Part shown: in pieces, positions 25,197 to 37,627 of the stretch
How the letters are laid out: every line of letters starts with the position of its first letter
Numbering within the stretch: position 1 is the stretch's first letter
Source: Octopus sinensis
Taxonomy: Eukaryota
Length of the DNA stretch: 64,000 nucleotides
Assembly: GCF_006345805.1 (NCBI RefSeq)
Contig: NC_042997.1
Coordinates: 213,280,001-213,344,000, forward strand
Direction: 5' to 3'
Position numbers and translations under genes: made by a program
The notes under the pieces: generated by a model
Seen by the model: the letters and a program-made list of their open reading frames with translations, nothing else
Told to the model about the DNA's origin: nothing
Databases searched by the model: none

Positions 25197-25959
25197 AGAG
25201 TCAATAAATCAGTATTCGCGAATAGTGAAAAAGTAGAGAAAATGTTGTGTGATGGCAGCACAAAATAATCCGTGGTGTTGGTTTTGCTGAGCAAGTGAGT
25301 GTTTTCAGGGGTTTCTGGATTCCTTTGTTCCCTGCAAATAATTTGAGGTTGGACTTAGTTTGTAACGAAATAAAATATTCAATCTGGCAGGTGTTCAGAT
25401 GTCAGAAAAGCGGATCTCAAAGATGTTATCCACAAACATTAAATATTCACCTTAACACGAGATAATTACTAGACATGAGGCATCCTTAATGAACTGGACT
25501 AATTATTATCTGAACCAGCGGTGCTACCGAAAATGATTCCCTTGTGAGAATGATACCGGCGTCATAACTTACAAGTCCCCGACATAATTTAAGACAACCA
25601 GAAACACCTTCAATTGTATCTGTGGTGGTGGTGGTGGTGTTCTCCGTCGTTCGATGATAAGGATTCAGTTGTTCGGTTCATTGAATTGCGTGGCCTGAAT
25701 GAACTTTTAATTGGCTGAGTATTCCTTAGACACGTTTACCTTGAACATAATAATGAGCGTTGGGCCTCACGGAGACAAACTGGTTGAGTTCCTTCAAGCG
25801 TTACATCTACACACTACATTTGGTGGTGAGCTACATCATACTGATGTGATTCTACATGTTCTATATCCGTTACACCGCACATCATCGCACAAACTCGTGA
25901 AAACAATTACGGCCTTCACCAAACGCCTATTGCAGCTCTTACAAGCCATCCTAGACAGG

Positions 25960-26480
25960 TAAGATTCACGTTGTTAATGTTCAGTTTAAACTGCTGCAGA
26001 TTAACATGAACAGAGAGAAGCTTCCAGAGAAATGATGTTCTGTGGTTGAAGGAGTGGTTAGCATGAGGGGAAAGAGTGGTTGGGTGCACCAAATGTGTCA
26101 AGAGGAGGAGAGATAAGTGGGACAGATGTATTATAAGTAATGGAGTTATGAAGACAGTCAGCTCTGAAGAACAGAGGCCAAGATAGTAATGGTAGAATAG
26201 ATAGAGATAGAGATCGTATGCTTATGAACTAGAAGCTGGAGTATGTCTGTTAGTGATGGAGTTGCCAAGTAGCCCTTCTCTGGATGCAGTCCAGAATGTC
26301 AGTGTGGGTAGCAGCAGCACTATCCCACGATGGGTTTCACTTGAAAATCGTTAGTATCTGTTATGGGCTGAAATATCTTCTAGCCCCAAATGGAAGGACT
26401 GGTCTTTCAGTTGTAGTTCTAGCTATATCAAGATGTGCCTTTGTCTTCAGTAGTAGTGAAGCTAGCATTTGGGGTGACTA
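25960..26480 (-). mobile_element. Degraded non-LTR retrotransposon ORF2 3' fragment (L2/Crack/Jockey-like)
   Basis: Minus translation WDSAAATHTDILDCIQRRA...SLTDILQLLVHKH...SFLWKLL..VNLQQFKLNIN. Confidence 0.5.
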
Positions 26481-26962
26481 CGAGGGCTTTAGTTGTCTGT
26501 CCCTCATGATTAGGGCTGTTGGAATACAGTAGTGCTTTTTAGATATGAGTTGTGCTTGAATTATTTTTATGTTAAAAACAGAAAAGACCAGCATGGTGTC
26601 ACTGGAGTATGTTTCAAGATTTCCATTTAAGTAACCAATGTTGTGTCTAGGTTGCATAGGTTCCAACTTTCCCCCTATTTTATATATCTCTCTCTCCTCC
26701 TGCCCCCGTTTTGTTAAATGCTTTAATATCTCTTTAAATCTCTGCTTGAAAATCAAAATTATCAAAGTAAATTCTATCTAACAGGTAAAGAGCTGTTACC
26801 ATATTGGAAGGAAATTGCATGTGACAAGTCATAGGAATATAATTATAATCACCACGTATATGCAAATATGTTTCTGATTCATGAACAACAATAGTGATGC
26901 TGTTTACAATGAGGAAGACCATATGTGCTGTGCAATTAGTTTTTGCAACTTTACAGCTAATC

Positions 26963-27420
26963 ATCATCATCGTTTAACGTCCGCTTTCCATGCTAGCAGG
27001 GGTCGGACGGTTTTGACTGAGGGTTGGCAAACCAGATGGCTGCACCAGGCTCCAATCTTGATCTGGCAGAGTTTCTACAAGCTGGATGCCCTTCCTAATG
27101 CCAACTGCTCCGTGAGTGTAGTGGGTGCCTTTTACGCGCCACTGGCATGCGGGCCAGTCAGGCAGTACTGACAATGACCTTGCTCAAATCATTTTACACA
27201 TGCTACCGGCACAGGTGCCAGTAAGGCGTCGTTGGTAACGATCATGCTTGAATGGTGCCCTTTTATGTGCCACGGCATGGGGGCCAGTCAGTGGGTACTG
27301 GCAATGACCTCGCTTGAATCTTTTTACACATGTCACTGGCACAGGTGCCAGTAAGGCAACGTTGGTAACGATCACGCTTGAATGGTGCCCTTTTACATGC
27401 CACCGGCACAAGTGCCAAAT
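26963..27420 (-). mobile_element. RTE 3' UTR fragment with subfamily-specific tandem repeats
   Basis: Shared RTE terminus plus repeats of ggcacaggtgccagtaaggc; inverted partner at 28930-29393. Confidence 0.75.
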
Positions 27421-27859
27421 CAAATGTGCATAAACAAACCCTCAAATTGAAATTATACCGACAGTTGTAATGAATTGTGTTCAGAGTGAGATTGGGATCA
27501 ATGTACAATAAACTTAATTGCCTGGGACTAAATAAGTCCATTGTGTCTGATGTTTATTACACAGTAACACTTCAAATTTATAAAACTAGAAAATCTACAT
27601 CCGTCAGGCTTCAAATTTTGTATCTCCAAAACAGCCTGGCTGGGCAGAAGAGGACCCTTTTTTTTTTATATCTTTTATCTTTTAATTCATAAGTAATTTG
27701 ATTGCAGTCATGCTGGGGGCACCACCTTAAAATGAATCAACCCTAATACTTATGCTTTCTTAAACCTGGTATATATTTGATTCTCTTTTACTGAACCACC
27801 ATGTTACAAGGGATGTAAACACATCAACTCAAAGGCACACACATAGATATATCTAATAT

Positions 27860-28595
27860 CAAGAAGTCTTCTTGGGAACGTGACCTGGGCATTACTGTCA
27901 GCAGCGATTTGCACTGGACAAAGCACATCTCTAAAATTGTCAAGAAGGCTGAGGGCGTCTTGACATCCCTCAGCAAGACCTTTGGCAGCCACTCTCCAGC
28001 TATCTGTTTAAGGCCATATATGGCAATGGTGCAGCCACACTTGGAATTTGCATCACCAGTCTGGAACCCCCAGCTTGTTCAAGACATTGACTTCTTGGTA
28101 ATAGTTCAGAGATGTATAACGAAGCGAATACCCTCCATGAGGCATCTACCATACTTTAAATGCCTTGCTTCCCTGGGCATAGATGTATTGAAGCTCTGAC
28201 GTCTGGCAACTAATTTGGTAAACACCCACAAAATTATTAACCATCGTGCCATCAACCTTCTTGAGCACCTTTTTGAAATCTATGTGTCTAACACACGTGG
28301 GCACGCCTACAAAGTCAGAAAACAGCACAGCTCCCATGACTTTCGGAAACATTTTTTTCACACTCAGAGTTACTGAAGCGTGGAACAAACTACCTGCCTC
28401 AGTTGTTAGTTGCTGAGACATTGCATCCCTTAGAACCTCCATGCTTCCTGAAATTCGCCAACACTACACCTGATATCTGCCCCCCGCTCCATACGCATGC
28501 ACACTCATACACTATTCACTTTCTTGACTTTTGTACATAATTCTATGTACTGTACACGCACCTTTGATGAGTTCTAGTACACCTGAATAATTTCA
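27860..28595 (+). mobile_element. CR1-like LINE 3' fragment
   Basis: ERDLGITVSSDLHWTKH...VQPHLEFASPVWNP...VQRCITK, then the CR1 terminus. Confidence 0.85.
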
Positions 28596-28929
28596 TTATT
28601 ATATTATCATTATCTACCAAACCCTGAGGCTAAAGTAGACACTTGCCCAAGGTGCCATACAGTGGAACTGAACCCAGAACTATGTAGTTGGGAAGTAAAC
28701 TTCTTACCACACAGCCATGCCTGCTCACACTTAAGATTTTTTTTTATTTTACTGCACTTGCAAGTGGATACAGCTTGTACTTGACCTTTGGGACATAACT
28801 TCAATAAGTCTCATCTCAGTTGAGACTTGTTCAGTATGTCAATCATGAAATTGATGTCCGCAGTTTAGATGAGTCCTGACAAACATAAATCTTGTTCTTT
28901 TAACAATTACTATTATACTTTCACATCAG

Positions 28930-29393
28930 CTAACCGGCTTTCATGCCAGTAGCAAATAAAAGGGCACCATTTGAGTGTGATCATTACCAGCATCGCCTTA
29001 CTGGCACTTGTACCTGTGCTAGTAGGGTGCCAAGAGCACCATCTAAACGTGATCGTTGCCAGATCAGCTAACTGGCTCCGTGCTGTAGGCACATAAAAGG
29101 GCACCATTCGAGCATGATCATTACCAATGTCGCCTTACTGGCACCTGTGCTGGTGGCATGTGTAAAAAGATTCAAGCTAGGTCATTGCCAGTACTGCCAG
29201 ACTGGCCCCGTGCCGGTAGCATGTAAAAAGCACCCACTACACTCTCAGAGTGGTTGGTGTTAGGAAGGGCATCCAGCTGTAGAAACTCTGCCAGATCAAG
29301 ATTGGAGCCTGGTGCAGCCATCTGGTTCGCCAGCGCTCAGTCAAAACCGTCCAACCCATGCTAGCATGGAAAGTGGACGTTAAATGATGATGT
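28930..29393 (+). mobile_element. RTE 3' UTR fragment
   Basis: Reverse complement of 26963-27420; ends gttaaatgatgatg. Confidence 0.75.
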
Positions 29394-29789
29394 CATTAAA
29401 ACACATCTTCCACCTATTTGGGATAAGCAATCAGAGAAAGTTGCTTAGTTAATCCTAACCACTGCATTTATCAGAATCCTTCAGTTTCTTCCCTTTCAGC
29501 TAATTTCTCTTTCTAGCATCTTTCCATTATCAACACAACTTTCATCATTTACACTATAAATATAGCACTTCTCATAGAGATGGTTTACATTTCAGCTTCT
29601 AAACGAATAACAAGACTTCAAACAAAGACATCTATTATTCCGGAGATCATGGAAAACGGTAAGTTCAAAGTCAAACAAGCAGTGGAACACTGAGATCCTG
29701 AACCAGACAATCCAAGAAGCCATGTGTCTACGTCTTAAAAGCAGAAGTTACTGAAATATTATAACAATCTAATCACCATAATCATCATC

Positions 29790-31350
29790 ATTTAATGTCC
29801 ATTTTCCATGCTGGCATGGGGTGGACAGTTTGACAGGAGCTGACAAGCTGAAGGGCTGTTCAAGCTCCATGTCTGTTTTGGCATGATTTTTACGGCTGGA
29901 TCCCCTTCCAAACTCCAACCATTTTACAGAGTGTATTGGGTACTTCTATGCAATACCAGCATAGGATTTTTTTTACACGGCACCAGCACTTACAACTCGT
30001 GAGATTAGGAATGCTCAGCTGCAGAGGGTTGCAGACAATGAACCAGTATGCAAGGACGACCATGCTTTTACTTAGCTTGACGTGTCCTTTCAAGCACAGC
30101 AAACCACCCGGAGCCTTAGTCCCGTTATCCACTCTGTGACTCACAACATCTGTAGATCTTTGCTCACTTCGTCCCAAGTCTACCTGGGTCTACTTCTTTC
30201 ATATGTTCCCTCTACATATTAGAGATTGGCATCTCTTGATGCAACTGTCTTCATTCAAATGCATTACATGGCCATACCAGTGGTTTTCTCTCTTGCACAC
30301 AATATATCATGCTACATATACTCTTTGAAATCACACTATCATATATACACACTGACATTTTCCATCCAACAGAGCATACTGGCTTCATTTTTTTCAAGTC
30401 CCCGCATATTCTCAGTCGCAACTCATATCTCACTGCCATGTAGCATAGCTGTTCTTACACAAGCATCATACAATCTGCCTTTTATTCTGAGGGAGAGGCC
30501 CTTTGTTATAGAGGTAAAAGTTCTTTGAGCTTTGCCCAGCCTATTCTTATTCTAGCAGCTATGCTTTTGGAACAACCTTCATCACTGCTAACTTGGTCAC
30601 CTAAGTTACAGAAACTGTCTACTACTTCTAGGGGTACCTCCTGATATATGAAGGAGTCTATTTTTTGTACATTCTTGGTGTTTAATGTACCTACCCACCT
30701 GCCACACACACAAACACCACTTTCTATGCTAATCGTCCAGTGATACCACTGCAACTCTTGTGTCCATAGCTTGCACTGGGTACATTTTATGGCGTTTCTC
30801 TCCCAACATTTTTCTACATATCAAGTAGAGCCATCTCTCTGAAGGGTTCTGTGATTTGTGTGTTTTCCTATTCATCAATATTTTGGTCTTTGCTAAATTA
30901 ACTCTAAGGCCCTTTAATTCCAGACCTTGCCTCCATACCTGAAATTTCTTATAGTAGTTCTGATAGTGATTCAGTAATGAGAACAAGGTCTTTGGCATAG
31001 AGGAGCTCTCAAGGGCAGCCAGTCTTAAGTTGCTCTGTTATAGCTTGGAGGATGATGATAAACAAGAGGGGGCTAAGAACTAATCCCTGATGGACTCCTA
31101 CTTGTACACTAACCTCCTTGCTATACTCATTGGTGACTCTCATCTGTACATGGCTTGTACAGCTCTCACAAACCACTCATCTATCCCTAGCTTCCACATT
31201 GCTCACTAGATAAGCGAGTAGGGACGTGTCTCCATGTCAACAAAAGCCAGAAACATGTTTGTTTTTTTTGGCCAAGTATTTCTCCTGCAGTTGCTTCACC
31301 AGGAAGATAGCATCCATATTGTGAGACACCATATGTGTCACACAATGTGG
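29790..31350 (-). mobile_element. Old RTE LINE with most of the RT domain
   Basis: Minus translation QLQEKYLAK..FLAFVD..; GVHQGLVLSPLLFII; ELLYAKDL; GLRVNLAKTK; decayed PHD-like insert; EVVDSFCNLG; 3' terminus at ~29790. Confidence 0.8.
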
Positions 31351-31794
31351 AAGCTATGTACAGTAAGCTTGTAAAGTGTTTCTTTTTTTTTCAAGTAGTG
31401 TATAAATACAGAAACTATTGTAGTGGCTAAAACCAGAAAATATCAACACAAATAGGAATAAAATTTCTGTTTTGAGTGTGTGAGAGATTTAGCTGCTACT
31501 TCTAGCAGGTTGTAAAGACTTCAACTTTTGGTACAAATGAACAAATATAGATGTAGCAGGTGAGAGTTGTACAGAGTGTGTCTTGTTGAGAGAAACAGGA
31601 ACCATTATAGTAAATTATTGCAGCATGGTTGTAAGTAAATGTTTATATTAATGCTAACTCACATATTTTCTATTGACATGGAAATGATCAGTTCTGTATT
31701 TTCTCAAACCCGGTACCTCGATCAGTGTTACAAACCAAATAATAACCAACTGAAGTTGTTCCCTAAAAGCTTATCTATCTTGTTACATCCTTAA

Positions 31795-32001
31795 CCCTTT
31801 AGTATTTAAACCGGCCATAATAGCTAACCTGTTTTATGTTCAAACTGACCAGATCCAGGCCCTCACACCTACCCTACAATGTTATTCTACATTAAGTAAT
31901 TACACCATCAAGATCTTGAAGATATGAGATAATGCATGATTAATTCAAATCAATGGGAATCAATAGGCATTGTTTGATTGAATAATCTGAACACTAAAGG
32001 G
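31795..32001. mobile_element. piggyBac-type MITE
   Basis: TTAA|CCCTTTAGT ... ACTAAAGGG|TTAA. Confidence 0.8.
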
Positions 32002-33013
32002 TTAAACATATAAGTTTCTCACTTTTAACCTCCTCAAAAGTCACTTAGATATTAGGATGCTTCAACCCAAAGAATCTTCCATTATACAAACATTTCGAAG
32101 TGGACAATTTATTTCTTTGCTATTTAACACAATGTCTCTCTTGTTACTCACACAAAATCTTCAATAGGTAACAGGACAAGAAGCATTTTCCATTCACAAA
32201 AATGCTTTTATGATATAGGTGTTGCAATTAATATATAGGATTACATACAGAAACACTTTTATTAAATGGTATTTTGTTATAAATAGTATGTTTAATGGTG
32301 AATCATCCTTGAGAAAGCTAATTTCAAGTCTAGAAAATACCATCCAAAAAATCATGTAGCTAAAAGATTAATGTGAAATTTAAGAGATTCTTAAAAGAAA
32401 AATTTAATTTACATATGAAGGTGGAAATTTTATCATGAATCACAAGATTTTTTACATAAATTTTTAATTCATTTGTTCTTATTTCCAACAAATCATCTCA
32501 TGTAAATATTTACTCATTTAAAAACATGGCTTTTAAATGGCAATAATTTTGCACAACTTTCCCATCTGTAAAGTTTTACCCTTTTATCTTTTCATAATGA
32601 TCAATGAGACCGAGTCTCTGGTAGGAACATTAAAAACAAATGACAGAAAATGGATCTTTTTCCAGGGTGAGTTTATGGATTATAGGACAAGAAACACAGA
32701 TTTCCAACATATTTCACGTTAATAATTTTTTACTCTTGTCTTTTCACAAGTGCAGCACAAATACACAATTCCATTGCATTCAATGATTCACCTAAATATA
32801 ATCATAGTGCCAAGGTATGTATTTGTTTTCAATTACGACTTTATTATCCACAAAGAGAAATTCCTGATGTGTCGGTGAAAAGGTTTCTTTCAAACAAGAG
32901 CAAATGTACTGACACGACGAGAAAATTCAAAAAGAATGATATCCAAAGTATTTCAACATAATAAACTCCAAATGTGTACTGGAAGGTGGACACTGTAGGT
33001 TTAGATTGACAAG

Positions 33014-34252
33014 TTAAGACTTTACTCTGGTGTGTATTCGTTCGTGTCTTTTTAACAGACTGTTAGTGATAAAAGATTTCTCACAGACTTTACAATGATA
33101 AGGTTTCTTACCAGTGTGTATTCTTCTGTGAACTACAAGATTAGAATCATCAGAGAATGATTTACCACATATTTCACAACGAAAGGGTTTTTCCCCAGTG
33201 TGGCTACGCATGTGGATAACAAGACTACAATTAACAGAGAATGATTTGCCACATATTTCACAATGGTACGGTTTTTCCCCAGTATGGCTACGTATATGGA
33301 TTTCAAGATTAGAATTATCAGAGAATGATTTGCCACATATTTCACAATGGAAAGGTTTTTCTCCAGTGTGGATTCGTTGGTGACTTGTCAAATCACTGCT
33401 ATTCACAAAACACTTCTGGCATACTCCACACTGGTAAGGTTTCTCTCCACTGTGGATCCGTTTGTGACTGGTTATATAGCTATTGTCAACAAACGATTTC
33501 CCGCATATATCACAGTGATAGGGTTTCTCTCCGCTGTGGATTCTTCTGTGTCTTGTTAAACTACTGTTATTGATAAAGCATTTGCCACACACATCACAGT
33601 GGAACGGTTTCTCTCCAGTGTGACTGCGTATGTGCACTACAAGACTTGAATTATCAGAGAAGCATTTCTCGCATATCTCACAGTGGAAAGGTTTCTCTCC
33701 GGTGTGGCAGCGTATGTGGCTAACGAGGCTGGAATTCTGAGTGAATGATTTGCCACACACATCGCAATGATAAGGTTTCTCGCCAGTGTGGATCCTTTTG
33801 TGAACGACAAGATAGGAATTATCAGTGAATGTTTTCCCACACACATCACAATAACAGGCTTTTTCGCCAGTGTGAATTATTCTATGTTTTTTAAGCTTAG
33901 AATTACTAACAAAAGATTTCCCGCATATTTCACAGTTGTAAGGTTTTTCTCCGCTGTGGATTCTTTTGTGCTTCGTTAAATAACTATTATAATCGAAAGA
34001 TTTCCCACAGATTTCACAGTGGAACGGTTTTCCTCTGTCGTGTATTTCTTTGTGTGCGAAGAATTCCCGTTCTGAAGAAAATGTTTTCTTACAAACCTCA
34101 CAGCAATATTCAGGAATATTTCTCTCTGGTGATGTTTGTTTAGTAAATGTCTCACAAGATAAAGAGGTCTCACCACTGTGTGTTTCTGTTACTGAATCGA
34201 TATTATTGAAAACGGTTGGGTTTAAAGTGTCCAAGGGATTAACGTCTTCCAT
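33014..34252 (-). CDS. C2H2 zinc-finger protein, 13 fingers
   Basis: 412-aa open frame; leader [12 protein letters not shown]... shared with paralogues at 24745 and 35168. Confidence 0.92.
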   Translation of the reverse strand: MEDVNPLDTLNPTVFNNIDSVTETHSGETSLSCETFTKQTSPERNIPEYCCEVCKKTFSSEREFFAHKEIHDRGKPFHCEICGKSFDYNSYLTKHKRIHSGEKPYNCEICGKSFVSNSKLKKHRIIHTGEKACYCDVCGKTFTDNSYLVVHKRIHTGEKPYHCDVCGKSFTQNSSLVSHIRCHTGEKPFHCEICEKCFSDNSSLVVHIRSHTGEKPFHCDVCGKCFINNSSLTRHRRIHSGEKPYHCDICGKSFVDNSYITSHKRIHSGEKPYQCGVCQKCFVNSSDLTSHQRIHTGEKPFHCEICGKSFSDNSNLEIHIRSHTGEKPYHCEICGKSFSVNCSLVIHMRSHTGEKPFRCEICGKSFSDDSNLVVHRRIHTGKKPYHCKVCEKSFITNSLLKRHERIHTRVKS

Positions 34253-34550
34253 ATTAAAGAATTTGAGAAGTCTTTAAAACTGAGAAATGCCAACCAATAT
34301 ATGATAAGGTACAGCTTCTTGTTTCTCATCTCAGGATTGCTTGGAAGAAAATAGGCAAAGAAGATATATTTTCTACTTAAAACTGAGAAATTCCTGTCCA
34401 ATGCAGACCACTACGATTCTGTTTCTCGTCTCCGATATTACGGGACCCAGTTTACATGATATAATGGCATTAATTAATACATTAATTAATACAGATGACG
34501 TAATTAAACTAATTGCAAAATAACGGTGTCGTTGATCATTTTCACCTTAC

Positions 34551-34998
34551 CTCAATTATACCGGTGACACATATTGAAAGTCCCCATATGTAATTTAATG
34601 CATTCAGATTCGGTCAATTATAGCAAATTTATTCCGTCACTTGTATCCATTCTAGGATCTTTCATAGAAAAGATCCTGCTTTTGCTTTACTCTTTCTTTC
34701 CTTTTACGATCCCTTTTGATCGAAAACCAACCCGCCTTTTTTTATCCCCAAAAGAAAAGCTCTACCTTGTAATTTGTCCCGTCTGTGTGCTGCCCTGTGT
34801 GGCTAATAAAGAAACATATTATACGTCACTAGAGTTTTCTTTGGGGGAAAATGAGCTGCCCTTTCTAGCAGGTCGCCCAATTATGTAAACACTCTCACTC
34901 TCATATAACTTCTATTATTCTGAATGCGTTAATGAAAGCCAGAAATTGTGTTGGGGACTTTTACTGTGTGTCACCGGTGTCTTCAATGACACCAGCGA
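34551..34998. promoter_or_regulatory. Putative bidirectional promoter and first exons of the head-to-head ZNF pair
   Basis: Divergent splice donors (minus gag|gtaagg at 34549-34550; plus cga|gtaagt at 34999-35000); mirrored motif ggggacttt..tgtgtcaccggt at 34560-34585 and 34953-34978. Confidence 0.55.
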
Positions 34999-35167
34999 GT
35001 AAGTATCTTCATTAGTTAATTTAGTTAATTTAATTACGTCATTTATAGTAATTATTCGAATTATATCATGTAATCACAGTTCCGTATTATCTGAGACGAG
35101 AAACAGAATCCTAATCGATAGTATTCACGGGCATTTCCAGTTTTTGATGCTTCTCAAATTCTTTAAT

Positions 35168-36253
35168 ATGGAAGACGTTAATCCCTTGGACACTTTAAAC
35201 CCAACCGTTTTCAATGATATCGATTCAGTAACAGAAACACACAGTGGTGAGACCTCTTTATCTTGTGAGACATTTACTAAACAAACATCACCAGAGAGAA
35301 ATATTCCTGAATATTGCTGTGAGGTTTGTAAGAAAACATTTTCTTCGGAACGGGAATTCTTCGCACACAAAGAAATACACGACAGAGGAAAACCGTTCCA
35401 CTGTGAAATCTGTGGGAAATCTTTCGATTATAATAGTTATTTAACGAAGCACAAAAGAATCCACAGCGGAGAAAAACCTTACAACTGTGAAATATGCGGG
35501 AAATCTTTTGTTAGTAATTCGAATCTTGTTACTCACAAACGTAGTCACAGTGGAGAAAAACCTTATCGTTGTGATGTGTGCGGGAAAGCCTTTATGATCA
35601 ACAGTTATTTAACAGCACACAAACGAATCCACACTGGAGAGAAACCTTGCCGTTGCGAAATCTGTGGGAAATCCTTCTCTGATTGTTCCAGTCTTATAGT
35701 TCACAAACGCAGTCACACCGGAGAAAAACCTTATCAGTGTGATGTGTGCGGGAAAGCATTTGTTTCCAACAGTAATTTAACAAAACACAAGATAATACAC
35801 AGTGGAGAGAAACCGTTTCACTGTGAAATCTGTGGCAAATCTTTCACTCAGAATTCAAGTCTTGTAATTCACGTCCGTAGTCACACGGGAGAACAACCCT
35901 ATCACTGTGAAATTTGTGGGAAATCTTTTGGGAATAATCGTGATTTAAAGAGTCACGAACGAATCCATACTGGTGAAAAGCCGTACAATTGTGAAATTTG
36001 CGGGAAATCGTTTTCTGTTAATTCTTGTCTTGTGGTTCACAGGAGAATCCACACTGGAGAAAAACCTTATCATTGTGATGTATGTGGGAAATCGTTCTCT
36101 GATTATTCCAGTCTTGTAGTTCACAAAAGAATCCATACCGGTGAAAAGCCATATCGATGTGGAATCTGTGCTAAATCATTTATCACAAATGGTCACTTAA
36201 AAACACACACACAAATACACAGTGGCGAAAAGTCTTTTAACTGTGAAATGTAA
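35168..36253 (+). CDS. C2H2 zinc-finger protein, 11 fingers
   Basis: Open frame from ATG 35168; acceptor catttccag at 35132-35140; AATAAA at ~36305. Confidence 0.92.
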   Translation: MEDVNPLDTLNPTVFNDIDSVTETHSGETSLSCETFTKQTSPERNIPEYCCEVCKKTFSSEREFFAHKEIHDRGKPFHCEICGKSFDYNSYLTKHKRIHSGEKPYNCEICGKSFVSNSNLVTHKRSHSGEKPYRCDVCGKAFMINSYLTAHKRIHTGEKPCRCEICGKSFSDCSSLIVHKRSHTGEKPYQCDVCGKAFVSNSNLTKHKIIHSGEKPFHCEICGKSFTQNSSLVIHVRSHTGEQPYHCEICGKSFGNNRDLKSHERIHTGEKPYNCEICGKSFSVNSCLVVHRRIHTGEKPYHCDVCGKSFSDYSSLVVHKRIHTGEKPYRCGICAKSFITNGHLKTHTQIHSGEKSFNCEM

Positions 36254-36386
36254 GAAAGTCTTGTAAATCTACAAGTATATATATATATGTATATACTTTA
36301 TTTAAATAAAGCATATTACTCTACCTCTGCTATTTGAGTACTCTTTTTTCCACCTTGTTTCACATTTATGTGCTTACTCCGCTATA

Positions 36387-36522
36387 TAATAATGATAATA
36401 ATAATGAAATTATTGTATACAGTGCTCAGGTGCACCACAACTTGTCAGAAAGTGCGTATAAAGTACATGCAGTAATGTAGAAATGTCTGGAAAGCGAACA
36501 ATGTATGAGTCAGATACATGCT
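36387..36522 (-). mobile_element. CR1-like LINE terminal fragment
   Basis: Reverse complement of the CR1 3' UTR with tail. Confidence 0.8.
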
Positions 36523-36655
36523 TGTATCTGACTCCAATATATATATATTGTATCTGACTCCAATATATATATATTGTATCTGACTCCAATATATATATAT
36601 TGTATCTGACTCCAATATATATATATTGTATCTGACTCCAATATATATATATTGG
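36523..36655. repeat. Five tandem 26-bp units at the CR1 truncation junction
   Basis: tgtatctgactccaatatatatatat starting at 36523, 36549, 36575, 36601 and 36627. Confidence 0.95.
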
Positions 36656-37265
36656 AGAGTATTTTTCATGGTGAAATACTTTGAAAAATCATTCTCTTTC
36701 AATTTTTATCTTGTAGTTTACAAATTTAATGTCATTAATAAATCCTTATCTTTGGATAATAGAGTTATTATTGAAATTTAGATACATACTCTGACACATA
36801 CTTAGATACATACTCTGACACAAAGTTTTATCAAGATGAGAAACCTTTCACACTGAAATCCACGTGAAGTAAATCTATATTTGTATTGCACTGGTGGATT
36901 TTGAAATATGTTGAAAAACATTCTCTGAGTTCTAGAGCTGTGATCCATAAATTCACTCTGGAGAAAGATCTATTTACGGTTATTTGTTTTTAATGTACCT
37001 AACAGAGACTCAGTTTTATAGATTATGACTGGAAAAACACAAAGGTAAAACTTTATGGATGTGAAATTTGTGCAAAATTATTGCCATTTAAAATGTTGAG
37101 TAAGAAAACAAGAAAATATTCAAAGGATTTGTTGAAAATATTCTCTTTAAATAGAAAATGAACAAATGATTGAGGAGTTCATTAAGGACAAATTATTCAC
37201 ATTTATATGTAAATCGAACTCTTATTTTAGAAAATATTAATTTAAAATGATAATATTATAACTAT

Positions 37266-37627
37266 GGATAGAAGCACTCCGTCGGTTACGACAACGAGGG
37301 TTCCAGTTGATCCGAATCAACGGAACAGCCTGCTCGTGAAATTAACGTGTAAGTGGCTGAGCACTCCACAGACACATGCACCCTTAACGTAGTTCTCGGG
37401 GATATTCAGCGTGACACAGAGAGTGACAAGGCCGGCCCTTTGAAATACAGAATGAGAGAAAGTTGTGGTGAAAGAGTACAGTAGGGATCACCACCATCCC
37501 TGCCGGAGCCTCGTGGAGCTTTAGGCGTTTTCGCTCAATAAACACTCACAACGCCCGGTCTGGGAATCGAAACCGCGATCCTACGACCGTGAGTCCGCTG
37601 CCCTAACCACTGGGCCATTGCGCCTCC
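37266..37627 (-). mobile_element. SINE family A copy
   Basis: 11-bp TSD attataactat at 37255-37265 and 37628-37638; small internal deletion. Confidence 0.9.

Noticed and set aside
34576-34585. NF-kB-like GGGACTTTC in the bidirectional promoter (and GGGACTTTT at ~34954)
   Set aside because: Lacks the terminal CC of the consensus in both arms; kept only as part of the mirrored motif.
3877-36136. Antisense and alternate-frame ORFs overlapping the ZNF genes (e.g. 3877-4209, 33133-33979, 35125-35444, 35945-36136)
   Set aside because: By-products of the 84-bp finger periodicity and of the duplicated leader.
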